A stretch of DNA of 4,971 bases from a virus. Taxonomy: Duplodnaviria; Heunggongvirae; Uroviricota; Caudoviricetes. Numbering within the stretch: the stretch's first letter is position 1; the number at the start of each line of letters is the position of its first letter. The stretch lies in the IMG/VR virus record IMGVR_UViG_2529292853_000007, one strand, 5' to 3'. Position numbers and translations under genes: made by a program. Below, in pieces: positions 1 through 4,971 of this stretch. The notes under the pieces are model-generated. The model was not told where the DNA came from, searched no databases, and saw only the letters and a list, made by a program, of their open reading frames with translations.

Positions 1-2496
1 GTAATGCGTACCTGACCACACAGCGCAAGGCGTGGGATGTGCTCAGTGATTTCTGCTCGGCGATGCGCTGTATGCCGGTATGGAACGGGCAGACGCTGAT
101 GTTCGTGCAGGACCGACCATCAGATAAGGTGTGGACCTATAACCGCAGTAATGTGGTGATGCCGGATGATGGCGCGCCGTTCCGCTACAGCTTCAGCGCC
201 CTGAAGGACCGCCATAATGCCGTTGAGGTGAACTGGATTGACCCGAACAACGGCTGGGAGACGGCGACAGAGCTTGTTGAAGATACGCAGGCCATTGCCC
301 GTTACGGTCGTAACGTCACGAAGATGGATGCTTTTGGCTGTACCAGCCGGGGGCAGGCACACCGCGCCGGGCTGTGGCTGATTAAAACGGAACTGCTGGA
401 AACGCAGACCGTGGACTTCAGCGTGGGTGCGGAAGGGCTTCGCCATGTACCGGGGGATGTCATTGAAATCTGCGATGATGACTATGCCGGTATCAGCACC
501 GGCGGGCGCGTGCTGGCGGTGAACAGCCAGACCCGGACGCTGACGCTCGACCGTGAAATCACGCTGCCATCCTCCGGTACCACGCTGATAAGCCTGGTTG
601 ACGGAAGTGGAATCCGGTCAGCGTGGAGGTCCAGTCCGTCACCGACGGCGTGAAGGTGAAAGTGAGCCGGGTTCCTGACGGCGTTGCCGATACAGCGTGT
701 GGGGGCTGAAGCTGCCGACGCTGCGCCAGCGCCTGTTCCGCTGTGTGAGTATCCGTGAGAACGACGACGGCACGTATGCCATCACGCCGTGCAGCATGTA
801 CCGAAAAAGAAGCCATCGTGGATAACGGGGCGCACTTTGACGGCGACCGAGCGGCACGGTGAATGGGTCACGCCGCCGCGGTGCAGCACCTGACGCCGAA
901 GTCACCGCAGACAGCGGGGAATACAGGTGCTGGCGCTGGGACACGCCGAAGGTGGTGAAGGGGTGAGCTTCCTGCTTCGCCTGACCGTGGCAGCGGATGA
1001 CGGCAGTGAGCGGCTGGTCAGCACGGCCCGGACGACGGAAACCACATACCGCTTCACGCAACTGGCGCTGGGGAACTACAGGCTGACAGTCCGGGCGGTA
1101 AATGCGTGGGGACAGCAGGGCGATCCGGCATCGGTATCGTTCCGGATTGCCGCACCGGCAGCGCCGTCGCGGATTGAGCTGACGCCGGGCTATTTTCAGA
1201 TAACCGCCACGCCGCATCTTGCGGTTTATGATCCGACGGTACAGTTTGAGTTCTGGTTCTCGGAAAAGCGGATTGCGGATATCAGGCAGGTTGAAACCAC
1301 AGCCCGCTATCTTGGTACGGCGCTGTACTGGATAGCCGCCAGTATCAATATCAAACCGGGCCATGATTATTATTTTTACGTTCGCAGTGTGAACACCGTT
1401 GGCAAATCGGCATTCGTGGAGGCTGTCGGTCAGCCGAGTGATGATGCATCAGGCTATCTGGATTTTTTCAAAGGCGAGATAGGGAAAACCCATCTGGCTC
1501 AGGAGCTGTGGACGCAGATTGATAACGGTCAGCTTGCGCCTGACCTGGCTGAAATCAGGACGTCCATTACGGATGTCAGCAATGAAATCACACAGACCGT
1601 CAATAAGAAACTGGAAGACCAGAGTGCAGCGATCCAGCAGATACAGAAGGTTCAGGTTGATACAAATAATAACCTGAACAGCATGTGGGCTGTGAAGCTG
1701 CAGCAGATGCAGGACGGACGCCTTTATATTGCGGGTATCGGTGCCGGTATTGAGAACACCCCTGACGGCATGCAGAGTCAGGTGCTGCTGGCGGCAGACA
1801 GGATTGCGATGATTAATCCTGCGAATGGCAACACAAAGCCGATGTTTGTTGGTCAGGGCGATCAGATATTCATGAATGAAGTGTTCCTGAAACGCCTGAC
1901 GGCTCCCACCATTACCAGCGGCGGTAATCCTCCGGCATTTTCCCTGACACCGGACGGGAGGCTGACGGCGAAAAATGCCGATATCAGTGGCAGTGTGAAT
2001 GCGAACTCCGGGACGCTCAACAACGTCACGATTAACGAGAACTGTCCGATTAAGGGCAAACTGTCAGCCAACCAGATTGAAGGCGATCTCGTTAAAACAG
2101 TGGGCAAAGCTTTCCCGCGGGACTCCCGTGCACCGGAACGGTGGCCATCAGGGACCATTACCGTCAGGATTTATGACGATCAGCCGTTTGACCGGCAGAT
2201 TGTTATTCCGGCGGTGGCATTCAGCGGTGCTAAACATGAGAGGGAGAATAACTGATATTTATTCGTCATGCCGCCTGATAGTGCGGAAAAACGGTGCTGA
2301 AATTTATAACCGTACCGCGCTGGATAATACGCTGATTTACAGTGGCGTTATTGATATGCCAGCTGGTCGCGGCCACATGACGCTGGAGTTTTCGGTGTCA
2401 GCATGGCTGGTAAATGACTGGTATCCCACAGCAAGTATCAGCGATTTGCTGGTTGTGGTGATGAAGAAAGCCACCGCAGGCATCAGTATCAGCTGA
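1..2496 (+). pseudogene. J: Lambda-like tail tip / central tail fibre host specificity protein J, C-terminal ~830 codons; 5' end lies outside the window; reading frame disrupted at multiple points (or sequence errors)
   Basis: Frame 3 from position 3 reads NAYLTTQRKAWDVLSDFCSAMRCMPVWNGQT... matching recalled lambda J, open to 653. Between 610 and 965 the J-like sequence hops frames (frame 2 at 611-688 NPVSVEVQSVTDGVKVKVSRVPDGVA; frame 1 at 691-786 YSVWGLKLPTLRQRLFRCVSIRENDDGTYAIT; frame 3 at 786-803 AVQHVP; frame 2 at 806-847 KEAIVDNGAHFDGD; frame 1 at 850-867 SGTVNG, and so on). It returns to frame 3 for ORF 927..2255 ([54 protein letters not shown]...). Frame 3 stops at 2253-2255, and the J-like C-terminus (...GVIDMPAGRGHMTLEF...ISIS) continues in frame 1 to the TGA at 2494-2496. 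Confidence 0.85.
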
Positions 2497-2515
2497 ATTT
2501 TATAACCCATATACG

Positions 2516-2540
2516 GGCGCCAGAAATGGCGCCTTTTTTA
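2516..2540 (+). terminator. Putative rho-independent terminator downstream of J: GGCGCC stem, 6-nt loop AGAAAT, GGCGCC, then TTTTTTA
   Basis: Perfect 6-bp GC stem at 2516-2521 and 2528-2533 followed directly by a T-run at 2534-2539, 20 nt after the J stop codon. Confidence 0.6.
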
Positions 2541-2552
2541 TTGCAGAAAAGC

Positions 2553-2566
2553 GAGAGGTAATTATG
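2553..2566 (+). promoter_or_regulatory. Ribosome-binding site (GAGAGG) and ATG start of lom
   Basis: GAGAGG at 2553-2558, 5 nt upstream of the ATG at 2564 that begins MRKVCAAILSAAICLAVSGAPAWA, a typical signal peptide. Confidence 0.6.
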
Positions 2567-3160
2567 CGTAAAGTTTGTGCAGCCATTTTGTCCGCAGCCA
2601 TTTGTCTGGCCGTATCCGGTGCGCCTGCATGGGCGTCTGAACATCAGTCCACGCTGAGCGCGGGGTATCTTCATGCCCGACGAACGTCCCCGGCAGCGAT
2701 GATCTGAACGGGATTAACGTGAAATACCGTTATGAGTTTACGGACACACTGGGGCTGGTGACGTCTTCAGCTATGCAGGAGACAAGAATCGCCAGCTACC
2801 CGTTACAGCGATACCCGCTGGCATGAAGATTCCGTGCGTAACCGCTGGTTCAGCGTGATGGCGGGGCCGTCTGTACGCGTGAATGAATGGTTCAGCGCGT
2901 ATGCGATGGCGGGTGTGGCTTACAGCCGTGTGTCGACTTTCTCCGGGGATTATCTCCGCGTAACTGACAACAAGGGGAAAACGCACGATGTGCTGACCGG
3001 AAGTGATGACGGTCGCCACAGCAACACGTCTCTGGCGTGGGGGGCTGGCGTGCAGTTTAACCCGACCGAATCCGTGGCCATTGATGTCGCTTATGAAGGC
3101 TCCGGCAGTGGTGACTGGCGCACTGACGGTTTCATCGTGGGTGTCGGTTATAAATTCTGA
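2564..3160 (+). pseudogene. lom: Lom outer membrane protein (Ail/Lom/OmpX/PagC family beta-barrel), phage moron; reading frame interrupted by three apparent single-base deletions (or sequence errors)
   Basis: Frame 2 from the ATG at 2564 gives MRKVCAAILSAAICLAVSGAPAWASEHQSTLSAGYLHA, then a premature stop at 2705-2707. Lom-like sequence continues in frame 1 (2683-2766, NVPGSDDLNGINVKYRYEFTDTLGLVTS), frame 3 (2769-2798, SYAGDKNRQL) and frame 2 again (2798-3160, TRYSDTRWHEDSVRNRWFSVMAGPSVRVNEWFSAYAMAGVAYSRVSTFSGDYLRVTDNKGKTHDVLTGSDDGRHSNTSLAWGAGVQFNPTESVAIDVAYEGSGSGDWRTDGFIVGVGYKF, stop TGA 3158-3160). Matches recalled lambda Lom nearly residue for residue. Confidence 0.85.
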
Positions 3161-3186
3161 TTAGCCAGGTAACACAGTGTTATGAC

Positions 3187-3213
3187 AGCCCGCCGGTTCT
3201 GGCGGGCTTTTTT
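3187..3213 (+). terminator. Putative rho-independent terminator downstream of lom: AGCCCGCC stem, loop GGTTCT, GGCGGGCT, then T-run
   Basis: 8-bp stem at 3187-3194 pairing with 3201-3208, followed by TTTTT at 3209-3213; sits 27 nt after the lom stop and 12 nt before the stf ATG. Confidence 0.65.
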
Positions 3214-3224
3214 GTGGGGTGAAT

Positions 3225-4971
3225 ATGGCAGTAAAGATTTCAGGTGTACTGAAAGACGGTGCAGGTAAACCGGTACAGAACTGTACAATCCAGCTGAAAG
3301 CAAAACGTAACAGCACCACGGTGGTGGTGAACACGGTGGCCTCAGAAAATCCGGATGAAGCCGGGCGTTACAGCATGGACGTTGAGTACGGTCAGTACAG
3401 CGTTATTCTGTTGGTGGAAGGCTTCCCGCCATCGCATGCCGGGACCATCACCGTGTATGAAGACTCACAACCGGGTACGCTGAATGATTTTCTCGGTGCC
3501 ATGACGGAGGATGATGTCCGTCCGGAGGCACTGCGCCGTTTTGAACTGATGGTGGAAGAGGTGGCGCGTAACGCGTCCGCAGTGGCACAGAACACGGCAG
3601 CCGCGAAGAAGTCAGCCAGCGATGCCGGCACATCAGCCCGTGAGGCGGCAACCCATGCGACTGATGCTGCAGGCTCAGCACGCGCAGCCAGCACGTCAGC
3701 CGGACAGGCCGCGTCGTCGGCTCAGTCAGCGTCTTCCAGCGCAGGAACGGCATCAACAAAGGCCACTGAAGCATCAAAAAGTGCTGCCGCTGCAGAGTCC
3801 TCAAAAAGCGCGGCAGCTACCAGTGCCGGTGCGGCGAAAACGTCAGAAACGAATGCGGCAGCGTCACAACAATCAGCAGCCACTTCTGCATCCGCCGCGA
3901 CCACGAAGGCGTCAGAAGCTGCCACCTCAGCCCGGGATGCGGCGGCCTCAAAAGAGGCAGCGAAATCATCAGAAACGAACGCATCATCAAGCGCCAGTAG
4001 TGCCGCTTCCTCGGCAACGGCGGCAGGCAATTCCGCGAAGGCGGCAAAGACGTCTGAGACAAACGCCAGGTCTTCTGAAACGGCAGCGGGACAGAGCGCC
4101 TCAGCTGCGGCAGGCTCAAAAACAGCGGCTGCGTCGTCTGCCAGTGCCGCGTCAACAAGTGCCGGGCAGGCCTCAGCCAGTGCCACCGCCGCCGGAAAAT
4201 CGGCAGAAAGCGCCGCATCGTCCGCTTCAACAGCCACAACGAAGGCTGGCGAAGCCACTGAACAGGCCAGCGCAGCAGCGAGGTCTGCTTCCGCAGCGAA
4301 GACATCCGAGACGAACGCGAAAGCGTCGGAAACCAGCGCAGAATCCTCAAAAACGGCTGCCGCATCGTCCGCCAGTTCTGCGGCGTCATCGGCATCATCT
4401 GCGTCTGCTTCAAAAGATGAGGCGACCAGACAGGCGTCAGCAGCGAAGGGCAGCGCCACGACGGCATCCACGAAGGCGACAGAGGCAGCTGGCAGTGCGA
4501 CGGCGGCAGCACAGAGCAAAAGTACGGCGGAATCCGCGGCAACGCGCGCCGAGACAGCGGCAAAACGGGCAGAGGATATTGCATCCGCCGTGGCGCTTGA
4601 GGATGCAAGTACGACGAAAAAGGGGATAGTACAGCTCAGCAGTGCGACCAACAGTACGTCTGAAACGCTGGCGGCAACGCCAAAGGCAGTAAAATCAGCC
4701 AATGACAATGCGAATAGCAGGGTGCCATCTAACCGAAAAGTTAACGGTAAAGCACTGACTGCGGATATCACTTTAACCGCCGCGCATGTGGCTGCTTTTG
4801 CCAGAAGGGCAACGGATACGTATGCCGATGCGGATGGTGGCGTTCCCTGGAATGCCGAATCAGGCGCTTACAATGTCACCCGCTCTGGCGACAGCTATAT
4901 TCTGGTTAACTTCTATACCGGAGTCGGAAGTTGCCGGACCCTGCAGATGAAGGCGCATTACAGAAATGGTG
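3225..4971 (+). CDS. stf: Side tail fibre protein Stf, N-terminal 582 codons; 3' end lies beyond the window
   Basis: ATG at 3225 in frame 3; I translated codon by codon to 4971 and found no stop. The product begins MAVKISGVLKDGAGKPVQNCTIQLKAKRNSTTVVVNTVASENPDEAGRYSMDVEYGQYSVILLVEGFPPSHAGTITVYEDSQPGTLNDFLGAMTEDD..., matching the recalled lambda Stf N-terminus, then a long Ala/Ser/Thr-rich region, then GIVQLSSATNSTSETLAATPKAVK. It is absent from the supplied ORF track, presumably because it has no in-window stop. Weak Shine-Dalgarno-like GGGGTGA at 3216-3222. Confidence 0.9.
   Translation, partial: MAVKISGVLKDGAGKPVQNCTIQLKAKRNSTTVVVNTVASENPDEAGRYSMDVEYGQYSVILLVEGFPPSHAGTITVYEDSQPGTLNDFLGAMTEDDVRPEALRRFELMVEEVARNASAVAQNTAAAKKSASDAGTSAREAATHATDAAGSARAASTSAGQAASSAQSASSSAGTASTKATEASKSAAAAESSKSAAATSAGAAKTSETNAAASQQSAATSASAATTKASEAATSARDAAASKEAAKSSETNASSSASSAASSATAAGNSAKAAKTSETNARSSETAAGQSASAAAGSKTAAASSASAASTSAGQASASATAAGKSAESAASSASTATTKAGEATEQASAAARSASAAKTSETNAKASETSAESSKTAAASSASSAASSASSASASKDEATRQASAAKGSATTASTKATEAAGSATAAAQSKSTAESAATRAETAAKRAEDIASAVALEDASTTKKGIVQLSSATNSTSETLAATPKAVKSANDNANSRVPSNRKVNGKALTADITLTAAHVAAFARRATDTYADADGGVPWNAESGAYNVTRSGDSYILVNFYTGVGSCRTLQMKAHYRNG
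3594..4560 (+). repeat. Ala/Ser/Thr-rich low-complexity repeat region within stf (fibre shaft), with a recurring K(T/S)SETNA motif
   Basis: About 320 codons dominated by GCN/TCN/ACN codons. The unit AAGACNTCNGAGACNAACGC (KTSETNA) begins at 3837, 3963, 4047 and 4299; the spacings of 126, 84 and 252 bp are all multiples of 42 bp (14 codons). Confidence 0.55.

Noticed and set aside
120-816. Minus-strand ORFs 120..446 and 559..816
   Set aside because: Antisense to J with no start or ribosome-binding-site context; shadow ORFs.
639-1364. 241-aa Arg-rich ORF on the minus strand
   Set aside because: Entirely antisense to the strongly supported J coding sequence; the Arg-rich, low-complexity composition is typical of a shadow ORF in GC-rich coding DNA.
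1862-2158. 98-aa minus-strand ORF
   Set aside because: Antisense to the intact 927..2255 J segment; shadow ORF.
1999-2496. 165-aa plus-strand ORF called as a separate gene
   Set aside because: Not an independent gene. Its first ~80 codons are an out-of-frame overlap with J; only from about 2239 does it encode the J C-terminus, which has slipped into frame 1. It is folded into the J feature.
2497-2563. Sigma-70 promoter for lom (TATAAC at 2501-2506, TTGCAG at 2541-2546)
   Set aside because: The TATAAC lacks an acceptable -35 and lies upstream of the terminator hairpin; the TTGCAG has no suitably spaced -10. Too weak to call from sequence alone.
2489-3019. Minus-strand ORFs 2489..2674 and 2771..3019
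   Set aside because: Antisense to lom and to the J-lom intergenic terminator; short, with no homology signal.
3594-4560. Possible CRISPR array or non-coding tandem repeat
   Set aside because: The repeats are imperfect, lie within a continuous reading frame and encode an Ala/Ser-rich protein shaft; there is no repeat-spacer architecture.
3392-4771. Long ORFs over the stf repeat region: 3622..4629 + (Arg/Pro-rich, 335 aa), 3722..4771 - (Ala-rich, 349 aa), 3817..4608 -, 3448..3804 -, 3392..3694 -
   Set aside because: All overlap the open stf frame 3. The GCN/TCN codon repeats of the Ala/Ser-rich shaft keep several frames stop-free, and the products are homopolymer-like low complexity, so these are artefacts rather than nested or antisense genes.
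1-4971. Novel defence or accessory system
   Set aside because: All coding capacity is accounted for by J, lom and stf of a lambdoid tail module; no unexplained ORFs, toxin-antitoxin-like pairs or enzymatic domains were seen.

Overview
This window is the tail-fibre end of a lambda-like (lambdoid) phage or prophage late operon, all on the + strand: the C-terminal ~830 codons of the tail-tip host-specificity gene J (1..2496, 5' end outside the window), a terminator, the outer-membrane moron gene lom (2564..3160), a second terminator, and the first 582 codons of the side tail fibre gene stf (3225..4971, running off the 3' end). Identification rests on my own translation of the window and recalled lambda J, Lom and Stf protein sequences; no database search was run. 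The most notable observation is that J and lom are not continuous reading frames: J-like and Lom-like protein sequence hops between frames at roughly 16 places (about a dozen in 610..965, one near 2238, three in 2675..2800), while the 1.7 kb stf frame is fully open. Most shifts look like loss of one base from a short homopolymer, so homopolymer sequencing error is as plausible as genuine prophage decay. The stf reading frame is absent from the supplied ORF track, evidently because it has no stop codon inside the window. Every minus-strand ORF in the track is antisense to these genes and is treated as a shadow ORF. I see no evidence of a novel defence or other undescribed system here; this is a well-known phage module with unusual frame damage and mosaic receptor-binding ends.
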